Source of the DNA: a virus
Taxonomy: Duplodnaviria; Heunggongvirae; Uroviricota; Caudoviricetes
IMG/VR virus record: IMGVR_UViG_2563366820_000002
Location: 1 to 47,800 of that record
Direction: 5' to 3' (one strand)
DNA: 47,800 nt
The notes under the pieces are model-generated. The model saw nothing but the letters and a program-made list of their open reading frames with translations. It was not told the DNA's origin and made no database searches. Made by a program: the position numbers and the translations under genes. Positions 37,824 through 47,410 of the stretch are shown in pieces. Positions within the stretch are counted from its first letter, which is position 1, and each line of letters begins with the position of its first letter.

Positions 37824-38702
37824 ATGAAAAGTATAGCAAAGATACAAAACGATTTCACCATCTTCAAATTCGGCGACAGTGAAATCCGCGTCATCAACAA
37901 GTGCGGTGAGCCGTGGTTTGTAGCTAAAGATGTTTGTGATGCTTTAGCTTTGACTAACTCACGCAAGGCGCTTACTGCACTTGATGACGATGAAAAGGGA
38001 GTAACTTTAAGTTACACCCTTGGTGGTGAGCAGAATTTAAGCATTGTGAGCGAATCAGGTATGTATACATTGGTTTTGCGCTGCCGCGATGCCGTCAATA
38101 AAGGTTCAGTCCCGCACAAATTCCGCAAGTGGGTAACAGCAGAAGTTCTGCCTTCAATTCGCAAATATGGCGAGTATGTGAAAGGCAAGAAAACCACAGT
38201 TGAGGAAAGAACACCGCTACGCGATGCAGTAAACATGCTGGTAGGAAAGAAAGGACTTCGCTATGACGATGCATACAATATGGTTCATCAGCGTTTTGGT
38301 ATTGACAGCATTGATGAACTTTCAATTGAACAAATCCCGCTGGCCGTAGAGTACATCCACAGGGTGGTGCTTGAAGGTGAGTTCATTGGCAAGCAAGAGA
38401 AGAAAGCAAACGAGCTTTCTGCAAAAGAAGCAAACAGCCTTGTATGGTTATGGGATTATGCCAACCGCTCACAGGCATTATTCCGCGAACTGTATCCGGC
38501 ATTAAAACAAATTCAATCGAACTATTCCGGCAGATGCTACGACTACGGCCATGAGTTCTCGTATGTTATCGGAACGGCGAGAGACGTTTTAATCAACCAC
38601 ACACGAGATGTTGATATCAATGAGCCAGACGGACCAACAAATCTTTCTGCATGGATAAGGCTTAAGAATAAAGAATTGCCGCCTTCTGTTCATCTGTATT
38701 AA
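37824..38702 (+). CDS. Bro-N domain antirepressor-like protein
   Basis: N-terminus [43 protein letters not shown] typical of Bro-N; ATG at 37824 with AGGAAA RBS. Confidence 0.75.
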   Translation: MKSIAKIQNDFTIFKFGDSEIRVINKCGEPWFVAKDVCDALALTNSRKALTALDDDEKGVTLSYTLGGEQNLSIVSESGMYTLVLRCRDAVNKGSVPHKFRKWVTAEVLPSIRKYGEYVKGKKTTVEERTPLRDAVNMLVGKKGLRYDDAYNMVHQRFGIDSIDELSIEQIPLAVEYIHRVVLEGEFIGKQEKKANELSAKEANSLVWLWDYANRSQALFRELYPALKQIQSNYSGRCYDYGHEFSYVIGTARDVLINHTRDVDINEPDGPTNLSAWIRLKNKELPPSVHLY

Positions 38703-38718
38703 TGACGCATCTGGTGGT

Positions 38719-38748
38719 GAAAAAAAACCGCCAGTGTGCTGCTGGCGG
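38719..38748 (-). terminator. Hairpin with a flanking A-run (terminator geometry on the minus strand)
   Basis: CCGCCAG-TGTGCTG-CTGGCGG preceded on the plus strand by AAAAAAAA. Confidence 0.4.
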
Positions 38749-38786
38749 CCTATGTCACACCCTTACTACCACATAAGGAATGCCTA

Positions 38787-39515
38787 ATGACTTTTAAGAA
38801 TGTAGCAAACATCGGATCCGTTGTCACGGATAAAACCATTGATAGCCAGTACCTGTTAGAGATGGTCAATCATGCTCGTAGACAGTGCGGGGAAAAAGAA
38901 GTTCGAAATAACGACTTTATTGCACGCATTAAGGATGAACTTGAAGGTGAGCACTACGAAATTTTCGTAGTTCAAAAATCAAACAAGACAACTTCTGAAA
39001 AAGTTGTTATGTCAATTAAGCAAGCCCTTCGAGTGGCTGCTCGTGAATCTAAAGCTGTTCGCCGCTCACTTGTAGACCAACTTGAAAGTATGCAAGAAGC
39101 GCACATTAAAAGCGGTAAATCGTCGAGTGGACTTGTTGAGTATCGCCAGGCGCGAACATTGAAAATGACGGTTGAAGCTGTTACCAATCTGTTCGATTTG
39201 ATGCCAAATCTTGCGCCGGAAGCAAAGCAGACTGCGGCCGCAAGCATAATCAACCCGATCGTTGGTTTTAATGCAATACCCCTTCCGGCAATAGAAGAGC
39301 ATTACTACTCAGCAGGGGAGGTTGCAGAGCAGCTTGGAGTAACGGCCAACAAGATTGGTCGCATTGCTAACGCAAACAACCTCAAAACTGAGCAGTACGG
39401 GAAGTTCTTCCTGGATAAATCGGCGCATTCCAGCAAACAGGTGGAAGCATTCCGCTACAACTCAAAAGGAGTTGAAGTATTGAGAAATCTAGTTAATGTT
39501 TCTACCGCAGCCTAA
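38787..39515 (+). CDS. Antirepressor-like protein (Rha/Ant-type N-terminus, KilAC-type C-terminus)
   Basis: 242 aa from ATG 38787 with AAGGAA RBS; C-terminal YYSAGEVAEQLGVTANKIGRIANANNL resembles antirepressor C-terminal domains. Confidence 0.6.
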   Translation: MTFKNVANIGSVVTDKTIDSQYLLEMVNHARRQCGEKEVRNNDFIARIKDELEGEHYEIFVVQKSNKTTSEKVVMSIKQALRVAARESKAVRRSLVDQLESMQEAHIKSGKSSSGLVEYRQARTLKMTVEAVTNLFDLMPNLAPEAKQTAAASIINPIVGFNAIPLPAIEEHYYSAGEVAEQLGVTANKIGRIANANNLKTEQYGKFFLDKSAHSSKQVEAFRYNSKGVEVLRNLVNVSTAA

Positions 39516-39537
39516 TTAAATCTTTTTATAAAAACCA

Positions 39538-39562
39538 ACCCAGCTTCGGCTGGGTTTTTGTT
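39538..39562 (+). terminator. Intrinsic terminator closing the inserted island
   Basis: ACCCAGC-TTCG-GCTGGGT followed by TTTTTGTTT. Confidence 0.75.
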
Positions 39563-39575
39563 TAATGGAGAGTAG

Positions 39576-40391
39576 ATGGGCATAATCGATTTAAACACAG
39601 CAGACATATTCAATGCTATCGGTGGTGGCTCTCCGCTTTCGATCATCGACAGCGTTCTGCATCCTCAGTATGTGATTCGTGACAGGGAAACTGGCGAGGT
39701 TGCTCTTGAGTTCAGTGGTATGGCATCCGTACAGCCAAGTGGAAGGGCGCAAATAACAAACGCCCCGGTGGAGAAAGGGAAATACCAGTCCATCAACAAA
39801 GTTAAAGAACCCGCCAGAGTAAGATGTGCAATCATCGTAAATGGTCTTACTGGTTTTTCCGGCAATATCCCGAATATTTTCGATCTCACATTCACAAGCC
39901 AGAACAGCACGCTGAACACAATCAAAACGATGCTGTCCTCTGCAAAAACATACGATATTGAAACGCCAAAGGAAACTCTGGAGAGTTTCGACCTTGTTGA
40001 CCACTATTACGAAGTTAACTCTCAAAAGGGGGTGACTCTTCTGACGGTTTATCTTGATTTTCAGGAGGTCATTCAGCAAATGGAGGTTATCCTCTCTGGA
40101 TCTCAGTCAGAACAGAAGCCAACGGATAACAATAAGTCACAGGGAGATGTAGGAGTTGATCCGCAAATAACCAATGGCGGAGCCAGGGAATCTACTGTCG
40201 ATGAGCTAAGTAAATCATGGTCATCACTGAAGTCATCTGTTGGAGAAATCACTGGAAAAATCTCCGACACAATCAAGACTGAATTCCAGAGTGCTCTTGA
40301 TACGGTATCCAAACCAATACTCGAAGTCACAAACAGCGCAACAAAAAAAGCGGCAGATATTGCAAAAAATATAGTTAAGGCGAGTACATGA
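39576..40391 (+). CDS. Baseplate-associated protein, 271 aa
   Basis: First gene after the island; GGAG RBS. Confidence 0.5.
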   Translation: MGIIDLNTADIFNAIGGGSPLSIIDSVLHPQYVIRDRETGEVALEFSGMASVQPSGRAQITNAPVEKGKYQSINKVKEPARVRCAIIVNGLTGFSGNIPNIFDLTFTSQNSTLNTIKTMLSSAKTYDIETPKETLESFDLVDHYYEVNSQKGVTLLTVYLDFQEVIQQMEVILSGSQSEQKPTDNNKSQGDVGVDPQITNGGARESTVDELSKSWSSLKSSVGEITGKISDTIKTEFQSALDTVSKPILEVTNSATKKAADIAKNIVKAST

Positions 40392-40690
40392 TTACAGTAT
40401 CTGTTCTTCCCAGCAAATCTCAGTCCATTTCGGTAAGTCTGGCTGGTCAGCAATGTAATATAAAACTTGTTCAGCGACAGAGTTTTATGTACATGGATTT
40501 AACTGTTAATGGAGTCCCAATTATGCAGGGCGTTCCATGTCTGCATGGGAATAAGATGGTAAGATATTCCTACCTTGGATTTAAGGGAGACCTTATTTTC
40601 ATTGATAATGATGGGGAATCGGACCCGCGATGGGAAGGCTTGGGTAGCCGTTACTTGCTGTATTACATCGAGGAAAACGAGCTTGTATAA
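40388..40690 (+). CDS. Baseplate-associated small protein, 100 aa
   Basis: ATG overlapping the upstream stop. Confidence 0.5.
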   Translation: MITVSVLPSKSQSISVSLAGQQCNIKLVQRQSFMYMDLTVNGVPIMQGVPCLHGNKMVRYSYLGFKGDLIFIDNDGESDPRWEGLGSRYLLYYIEENELV

Positions 40691-41564
40691 AAATCACAGT
40701 CTTCGGTTTGACTTCACGAATGAATCATCAGCATTTGATAAAAATGGAAACAATAAAATCTCCATCAGAAATGTTAAGTCAACAGTATCCCTGAACTTTG
40801 TTACCGGTCGGGGAGGTGCTCAGGCTGATATATCTCTTTACGGGTTAGGAATCGAAAGACTTGCTGATATATCAGGGAAGGCTGATGGTATTGTTGGGGA
40901 AGGTCAGAAGTTAAATGTTGAGGTATTTGCTGATGATTCTCTTGTTTTCTCCGGCACGATGCTTTCATCAATAGCAAACATGAATTCTGCTCCTGAAAGC
41001 AGTCTGATGATAACAGCCTCTTCTAATGTTGATTTACAGAACATGCCAGCAAGCCCGTTTACAGCGCAGGGGGCGCAAAGTGTTGAAGATGTCATCTCAT
41101 CCATTTGTGCAAGTGCAGGTTATGAAGCTGTGTTTAATAATGTAAAAGGGATGACAACATCAGGAAGTCCGCATTTTGAAGGAAGTGTTTTTGAGCAACT
41201 TTATAGGGTCTGTTCAGATTATGGACTGGCGATGTCAGCTACGCCACCGACAAAAGTAGAGTTCTGGCCTTCAGAAAAAAACAGAGACGATGTAATTCCG
41301 TTTATATCCAGAGAATACGGACTTGTTGGATATCCTGTATTTTCAAATGGGGGACTGATGTTTCAGACGCAATATTCATCTCTCCTTTGCATTGGAAGAT
41401 ATGTGGATATCAAAACAGAACTACCACATGCAAGCGGAAGGTATAAGTTAACCTCCGTTCGGCATGAATTATCATCATGGATGCCAAATGGTTCATGGCA
41501 CTCAATATGTATTGCCGCCAGAACAGCGGAACAAAGAACAGAGGCGCAACAGAATAATGGATAA
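40683..41564 (+). CDS. Baseplate hub-like protein
   Basis: Track ORF 40575-41564 overlaps the upstream gene; a TTG at 40683 with GAGGAA RBS is the most plausible start (alternative ATG at 40608). Confidence 0.45.
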   Translation: MYKNHSLRFDFTNESSAFDKNGNNKISIRNVKSTVSLNFVTGRGGAQADISLYGLGIERLADISGKADGIVGEGQKLNVEVFADDSLVFSGTMLSSIANMNSAPESSLMITASSNVDLQNMPASPFTAQGAQSVEDVISSICASAGYEAVFNNVKGMTTSGSPHFEGSVFEQLYRVCSDYGLAMSATPPTKVEFWPSEKNRDDVIPFISREYGLVGYPVFSNGGLMFQTQYSSLLCIGRYVDIKTELPHASGRYKLTSVRHELSSWMPNGSWHSICIAARTAEQRTEAQQNNG

Positions 41565-42249
41565 GCAACTATTTACTCCAACGCCTGCTCAGGTAAGTGA
41601 GGCTCAATCTCAGGAATATATTTTTGAGATGCTGATGTCTGGATATTTCTTCATTGAGTTAGCGAGAGTTAAGGAAGTCAGGGGTGAGGCACCAGATTTA
41701 GTTGTTGATGCTCTTCCTTTGCTTACCAGAACAGACCGTACAGGAAAAATGATTTCTAACTCGGTTTTATATGATCTCCCCGTATGGCGGTTGCAGAGAG
41801 GAAACAGCGCTATAATTATGGACCCTGTGGCGGGTGATATTGGTCTGATTGCGGTATGCGACAAAGACACATCACTGGTAAGAAAAAATCGTAAAGAATC
41901 AGTACCTGGAAGCAAAAGGCGACACAGTAAATCTGATGCAATTTATCTTGGTGGGGTATTAAATATTGCACCTACTCAATTCATTGAATTTGCTGATGGT
42001 GCAATAAACATAACCACGCCTAATCCACTAAATATTAAATGTTCATCGTTAAATATTGATGCTCCTGATGGAGTCAACATGAATACTCCTTTACTTAAAG
42101 TAAGCGGTGATATTCAGGATAACGCAAGTTCACAGTCATCTACTGTTAAAAATTTAAGGGTCAACTATAACAATCACAAACATCCTGTTTCAGGTGTACA
42201 AAGTGGTGGGGCAACAATAAATTCCAATGCAACGGATAAACCGACATGA
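41557..42249 (+). CDS. Baseplate spike/assembly protein V-like
   Basis: ATG at 41557 (MDKQLFTPTPAQV...) overlapping the upstream stop. Confidence 0.5.
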   Translation: MDKQLFTPTPAQVSEAQSQEYIFEMLMSGYFFIELARVKEVRGEAPDLVVDALPLLTRTDRTGKMISNSVLYDLPVWRLQRGNSAIIMDPVAGDIGLIAVCDKDTSLVRKNRKESVPGSKRRHSKSDAIYLGGVLNIAPTQFIEFADGAINITTPNPLNIKCSSLNIDAPDGVNMNTPLLKVSGDIQDNASSQSSTVKNLRVNYNNHKHPVSGVQSGGATINSNATDKPT

Positions 42250-42605
42250 CATACAGAACTATGCAACTGGACACATCTACGTGGGACTTGACGCTTGACG
42301 GAAATGGCAATCTGGCGATCGCAGAAGAATCATATTCTGTTGCTCAGGATGTCGCCAGTGCATGCCTGGTGTTTTCAGGAGAGTGTTATTACGACAATAC
42401 ACTTGGGATCCCATGGAAGACAGAAGTTCTTGGCAGGCGACCATCTCCTGGTTTTATTGCTCAGAAAATGCAGGCTGAAGCACTCAAATTACCCGTTGTT
42501 GAGGATGCTCTGGCATCAGTTTTCTTTGACAAGAATACACGCACAACTCGCGGCACAATCCGCGTTACAGATATCAATGGTAATATTGCACAGGCCACCT
42601 TATGA
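42246..42605 (+). CDS. Baseplate wedge protein (gpW/gp25-like)
   Basis: 119 aa immediately upstream of the J-like gene; ATGA overlap. Confidence 0.5.
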   Translation: MTYRTMQLDTSTWDLTLDGNGNLAIAEESYSVAQDVASACLVFSGECYYDNTLGIPWKTEVLGRRPSPGFIAQKMQAEALKLPVVEDALASVFFDKNTRTTRGTIRVTDINGNIAQATL

Positions 42606-43831
42606 CGATATTAAATACGGCTGTTCCTGATGTAACCATCACTGAAAACGGTCTTTCAGTTCCCGACATAGCGGATGTTCTGGCGGGAAGACTTACAGAC
42701 ATGTCAACGGCTCTTGGTGGTGGTGCAAGTCAATCACTGAGTTCACCGCAAGGGCAGATCGCACAGTCTGATACTGAAATTATCGCTCAGGAATACGACA
42801 AGCTTCTTTGTTTGTTTAATCAAATTAATCCTGACTTTTCAACTGGCAGATTCCAGGACGGGATTGGCCGGATTTACTTTATGGAACGGATCGCTGCACA
42901 GGGGACCGTTGTTACAGCGACATGCATTGGTCAGGTTGGAACCACCATACCTGCGGGTAGTACTGCTGTTGATGCGAGTGGATATATATATCAGTCAATT
43001 GACAATGCCGTAATACCCTCATCAGGCTCTGTTGATGTGCAGTTTGTCAACACAACAACCGGGCCAATTCCGTGTGCAGCCGGCTCCCTGAATCAGATTT
43101 ATCGAGCCGTTTCCGGATGGGATGCTGTAAATAATATTAGCCCTGGGGTCGTTGGTGTTGATGTTGAATCACGGATCGCCTTTGAAACTCGCCGGAGGCA
43201 ATCAGTTGCCAGAAACAGCAGAAATCAGGATGCGTCTACATTAGCTGCGTTACTTGCGACAGATGGTGTGCTTGATGCTTACGTATGGTCAAACAGAACT
43301 GCAGAAACAGTAAATAAAGGAACAACGAATTTCCCGATTCTTGCGCATTCTGTTTATATTTGTGTTTATGGCGGGGCTGATACTGATGTTGCTGAGTCAA
43401 TATTCAATACTTATAACCCCGGCGCCAATATGAATGGTGATACAACGTTCACTGTTTACGATAACGTTAATTACATGCCGCCATATCCATCTTACGTAAT
43501 GCAATGGCAAAAGGCATCACCTACGCGGGTTTACTTTAAGGTAAATGTCGATGCTTCACTAAATCCCCCAAGTGATATTACTAAACAAGTAAAGGAAATG
43601 ATTGTCACTGTGTTCAATGGAGGGTATGAGGGTATTGGAAAGGCACGAATTGGTTCTACTATAAATGCTGGTAAATACTATGCCCCTGTTATTTCAATAT
43701 CTCCTGATACAGTTGGCATTTTGTCTCTTGAAGTTTCTCTCGATGGTTCACTATACGGACCTGCTGTAACTATGGGCATAGACCAGGTTCCAACTATTCA
43801 GGAATCAGATATCATTGTTACATTATCGTAG
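42602..43831 (+). CDS. Baseplate J-like protein
   Basis: 409 aa in the baseplate cluster. Confidence 0.65.
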   Translation: MTILNTAVPDVTITENGLSVPDIADVLAGRLTDMSTALGGGASQSLSSPQGQIAQSDTEIIAQEYDKLLCLFNQINPDFSTGRFQDGIGRIYFMERIAAQGTVVTATCIGQVGTTIPAGSTAVDASGYIYQSIDNAVIPSSGSVDVQFVNTTTGPIPCAAGSLNQIYRAVSGWDAVNNISPGVVGVDVESRIAFETRRRQSVARNSRNQDASTLAALLATDGVLDAYVWSNRTAETVNKGTTNFPILAHSVYICVYGGADTDVAESIFNTYNPGANMNGDTTFTVYDNVNYMPPYPSYVMQWQKASPTRVYFKVNVDASLNPPSDITKQVKEMIVTVFNGGYEGIGKARIGSTINAGKYYAPVISISPDTVGILSLEVSLDGSLYGPAVTMGIDQVPTIQESDIIVTLS

Positions 43832-43841
43832 GGGGAGCTGT

Positions 43842-44480
43842 ATGTGGGAAGACACAATTCTTACCCAATACTCGGCAAGTAAAAAATTATTGTCCATCAT
43901 AGACACATTTAACCAGGCAGTGAGCCTTGATGATTTCACTGAGGAATTCATTAAAAAGGTATGGGATTTAACTACCTGCGAAACATTCGGGCTTGATATG
44001 TGGGGGGGAATTGTTGGCATAAGCAGATATATTGTTGCGCCAATAGATAGCGATTCATTTGGATTTAGCGAAGCAGATGATGGGAGTACTGATTACCCGG
44101 CACCATTTAATAATTCTCCGTTTTACGGCGGCATTCAGGAAACAACGAATGTCAGGCTTGGGGATGATGCTTACAGAACATTAATACTCTGCAAGGCTTT
44201 TACTAACATCAGTGTGGCAACCATTCCTGATATAAATAAATTTCTAAAAATACTTTTTTATCAAAGAGGGAGAGCATATTGCGTAAATTATCGAGATATG
44301 ACAATAGGAATAACGTTTGAATTTGAGCTTGCGCCATACGAAGAATCTATTCTCACGAATTATGAGGTAATGCCCGTTCCGAGTGGTGTTCTGGTAAATA
44401 TACGTAAAATCATTAGCCCTTATTTTGGTTTTGCATCTGATGCCTATCCGTTTAATGATGGCACATTTTATAGGAATTAA
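43842..44480 (+). CDS. Baseplate/tail protein I-like
   Basis: ATG at 43842 with GGGGGAG RBS. Confidence 0.5.
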   Translation: MWEDTILTQYSASKKLLSIIDTFNQAVSLDDFTEEFIKKVWDLTTCETFGLDMWGGIVGISRYIVAPIDSDSFGFSEADDGSTDYPAPFNNSPFYGGIQETTNVRLGDDAYRTLILCKAFTNISVATIPDINKFLKILFYQRGRAYCVNYRDMTIGITFEFELAPYEESILTNYEVMPVPSGVLVNIRKIISPYFGFASDAYPFNDGTFYRN

Positions 44481-44482
44481 GC

Positions 44483-45382
44483 ATGAATCGTTCTGACTCA
44501 CCTAAAAAACAACCCAAGCCATTTGGGGTTAATGGACAGAGAGGGGCAATATTGCCAACCACCCCTGCAGGAGATAACTCAGCATCGTATGAACAGGGGT
44601 TTCCTCCAATAACAATGATCCTGAAATCTGCTGGCGGTTTGCCACCAAAAGGCCAGGATATGAACCAAATTTTATACGAACTTTCTGCTCTGGGTAGATG
44701 GTCGAGCACCGGGGCGCTGAATACTTTTGATTCTGAATTTGCTTCGGAGATTTCTGGATATCCGTCAGGGGCGATGCTCATCTCGAACGATGGGGAAAGA
44801 ATATTCATTAACACAACAGAAGGAAATCTATCTGATCCAAACAGCAATGGTGCCGGGTGGAAAGATGTTTTTTCATACCTTGGTTTAGGAGAAGCGGCGA
44901 AAAGGGATGTGGGCACGACAGTCGGAACCGTTGCCGCTGGTGATGATTTACGCATAACAGGAGCACTTCAAAAGGCAAATAATCTTTATGAGTTAACAAA
45001 TAAATCTGACGCAAGAGCTAATCTTGGGTTAGGAACCGTTGCAACAAAAAACGTGGGAAATAGTGCTGGGCAAATACCTGATATGTCTTACTGGTCTTCA
45101 CCGGCAGGCGGAATTAATTTCCCGAATGGGTTCCAGATGCGATTCGGGACTATCGCTGGTAATGGTGGAAAATTATTTTCTACGCCATTTACAAACCAGT
45201 GCTATGGAATTGTTTTCGGACAAACATATGCATCCAACTATTGGATATTCAGCCCAATGTACAGAGCGTCAGACCTCAGTAAAACAGGTTTTGCTTTTAT
45301 AAATAAGGCATGGTCTGGCGTTCCAGGGACAGCATCCCAGGATGCTGGTGAATCTGTTTTTTATCTTGCAGTAGGGTATTAA
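44483..45382 (+). CDS. Tail fibre protein
   Basis: 299 aa, Gly/Ser/Thr/Asn-rich, immediately upstream of a tail fibre assembly gene. Confidence 0.6.
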   Translation: MNRSDSPKKQPKPFGVNGQRGAILPTTPAGDNSASYEQGFPPITMILKSAGGLPPKGQDMNQILYELSALGRWSSTGALNTFDSEFASEISGYPSGAMLISNDGERIFINTTEGNLSDPNSNGAGWKDVFSYLGLGEAAKRDVGTTVGTVAAGDDLRITGALQKANNLYELTNKSDARANLGLGTVATKNVGNSAGQIPDMSYWSSPAGGINFPNGFQMRFGTIAGNGGKLFSTPFTNQCYGIVFGQTYASNYWIFSPMYRASDLSKTGFAFINKAWSGVPGTASQDAGESVFYLAVGY

Positions 45383-45383
45383 T

Positions 45384-45815
45384 ATGGAAATGGTTTATAG
45401 CGCCTCAAATAATAGTTTTTTCGCTAAAAATGATGTGGCGAAATATGAACAGGACGGATGGGAACTTGCTGATATTGTCGAAGTGACATATGACACTTAC
45501 CTGGAATTTATTGAAGACAGAACGTTGCAAGGGAAAGTACGCATCGCGGGTGATGATGGACATCCTGCCTGGGGGGATATGCCTCCACCGACACACGACG
45601 AACTTATTGCTGCCGCTGAACAAATTCGCCAGCAACTGCTGGCACATGCGGACGAAACTATGCTCGACTGGCGAACAGAACTGATGCTCGGTGAAATCAA
45701 CGACACCAACAAGGAGAAACTGTCGGCGTGGTTGGCATTTAAAAATGACGTTAAATCTATCAATGTCTCAACCGATCCAGAGCATGTGATATGGCCAACC
45801 TTTCCAGATGAATAG
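45384..45815 (+). CDS. Tail fibre assembly protein (Tfa chaperone)
   Basis: 143 aa following the fibre gene; Tfa-like sequence. Confidence 0.8.
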   Translation: MEMVYSASNNSFFAKNDVAKYEQDGWELADIVEVTYDTYLEFIEDRTLQGKVRIAGDDGHPAWGDMPPPTHDELIAAAEQIRQQLLAHADETMLDWRTELMLGEINDTNKEKLSAWLAFKNDVKSINVSTDPEHVIWPTFPDE

Positions 45816-45973
45816 CTAAATCAGGTTTGTCAAAAATACAATCATGCGATTGATATATGCACTAGGCAGTGGATGAATTATCCACTGCTATGGCCTCCTC
45901 AATAATGATTCTGCCGCAGGTATATTTATATTCAATGACAACGCAAATACTGTATAGTATACTTTTGTAAAGT

Positions 45974-46993
45974 ATGCAACATTCATTAGCAATGAAAAAC
46001 TGCGCAGGTAGTCATGAAATGAGAAAAATAAGTAATGTAATTTTTGATAGAGATCACACCATTGAACTAAAAGGCGTTGCTATTCTCCTTGTCATGCTTG
46101 GGCATGTAAATGTAATCCCGCACGCCGGGGCATATGGTGTTGCTCTATTCCTTATGCTGTCAGGCTTTGGCCTTGTGCAATCTTACATTAAATCAGGGTT
46201 GGATTCTTTTTTTTCAAAAAGGCTATCAAAAGTACTTGTTCCATACGCTATTATAACCATTGTTTGGATTATTGCTTTTGGACATCCAGCAATTACAAAT
46301 GATGACTTTTATCATTTAGCGATTACCATACTAGGCATTGATTTGAATGCCACTATAGATCCTAGTATGTGGTATATATCTTTTATAATAATATGGTATC
46401 TGGCTTTTTTTCTAATTTTTAGCGCTAATATCTCTATTAATATTAAAATAGCCTTCCTTTTCCTTTTTTCTGTATTGCTTTACAAAAACGCAGATATATT
46501 CCCTCCTCCAGCAGGTGCCGGACTATACGTTGCTGCATTTCCACTAGGTTCACTAATTGGAGTGGTGTATGAAAAAGTCAAAGGATATGCAATAGATAAA
46601 TGGATATTACTTTTGTTTGTCATAGTTTCTTTGGTGTCCTTAATTTTATCCCTTTATTTTTATAAAGGGATTGATGTTAGTTTTTTTGACTATGCAGCAA
46701 CAAATATAGCAAGCGCATTTCTTATAATTGGAATTACATCGATTCTTAGAGTTGCAAATATAAACATAACACCATTGAAATTTGTTGGCATACTATCTTA
46801 CGAGATGTATCTTATAGAATTCATGTTTTTGATGAAAGCATACCATTTATTATCGTTTATAAGTTCAGATGGGATAAAATCCGTCTTGTTTGTTGTAATT
46901 GTTTGTATTTTTGCATACGTATATAAATACGTACTTTCAATAGTTTTTAAAGCGCTCAGGAAGGCATTACCAAACTCAAAAATATATACTTAG
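45974..46993 (+). CDS. Acyltransferase-3 family integral membrane protein (putative surface-polysaccharide O-acetylase)
   Basis: Multi-pass hydrophobic protein with N-terminal ...RDHTIELKGVAILLVMLGH... motif; start among ATGs at 45974/45992/46019 uncertain. Confidence 0.75.
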   Translation: MQHSLAMKNCAGSHEMRKISNVIFDRDHTIELKGVAILLVMLGHVNVIPHAGAYGVALFLMLSGFGLVQSYIKSGLDSFFSKRLSKVLVPYAIITIVWIIAFGHPAITNDDFYHLAITILGIDLNATIDPSMWYISFIIIWYLAFFLIFSANISINIKIAFLFLFSVLLYKNADIFPPPAGAGLYVAAFPLGSLIGVVYEKVKGYAIDKWILLLFVIVSLVSLILSLYFYKGIDVSFFDYAATNIASAFLIIGITSILRVANINITPLKFVGILSYEMYLIEFMFLMKAYHLLSFISSDGIKSVLFVVIVCIFAYVYKYVLSIVFKALRKALPNSKIYT

Positions 46994-47371
46994 GTAGATC
47001 TATATATAGATAATGTCTACATACGGAGCAGGCTATCGTTGGATATTATGCTGGTAGCCTGTATCAATTCTACAACTCTACATGGCGAACTATCCTTAGC
47101 CAGGGATGTCATACGCATAGCGGATTATTCAAACACATCCTTAAGCACTCATGGCAGACCTTCTTTATCATCTTGTACTTGCACTGTTTCATGAATTTCA
47201 TTCATAGGAATTAACTTAACCTTTGCACCCAGAATGATTAGGAGGACACGTTTTGTTAGCTCATTAAAACCTAAGGTTTTTTCTGGTAAACCTGCAAAGG
47301 GTCTCATGATATAGACCGGTTCAGCAAAGATTCTTATCCTATTCCTTTGCTGATTTGATATAGAGCATTTA

Positions 47372-47391
47372 TACTGTGATTTTATCCAGTA
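47372..47391 (+). promoter_or_regulatory. SOS (LexA) box upstream of the UmuD'-like gene
   Basis: TACTGTGATTTTATCCAGTA: left half-site matches CTGT, right half-site CCAG deviates by one base from ACAG. Confidence 0.55.
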
Positions 47392-47410
47392 TTGATGACT
47401 GAGGTGCATC

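Noticed and set aside
40388-41564. Programmed +1 frameshift joining the 100-aa ORF to the overlapping 329-aa hub-like ORF
   Set aside because: No recognisable slippery site; a TTG with GAGGAA RBS at 40683 gives a conventional short overlap instead. The true start remains uncertain
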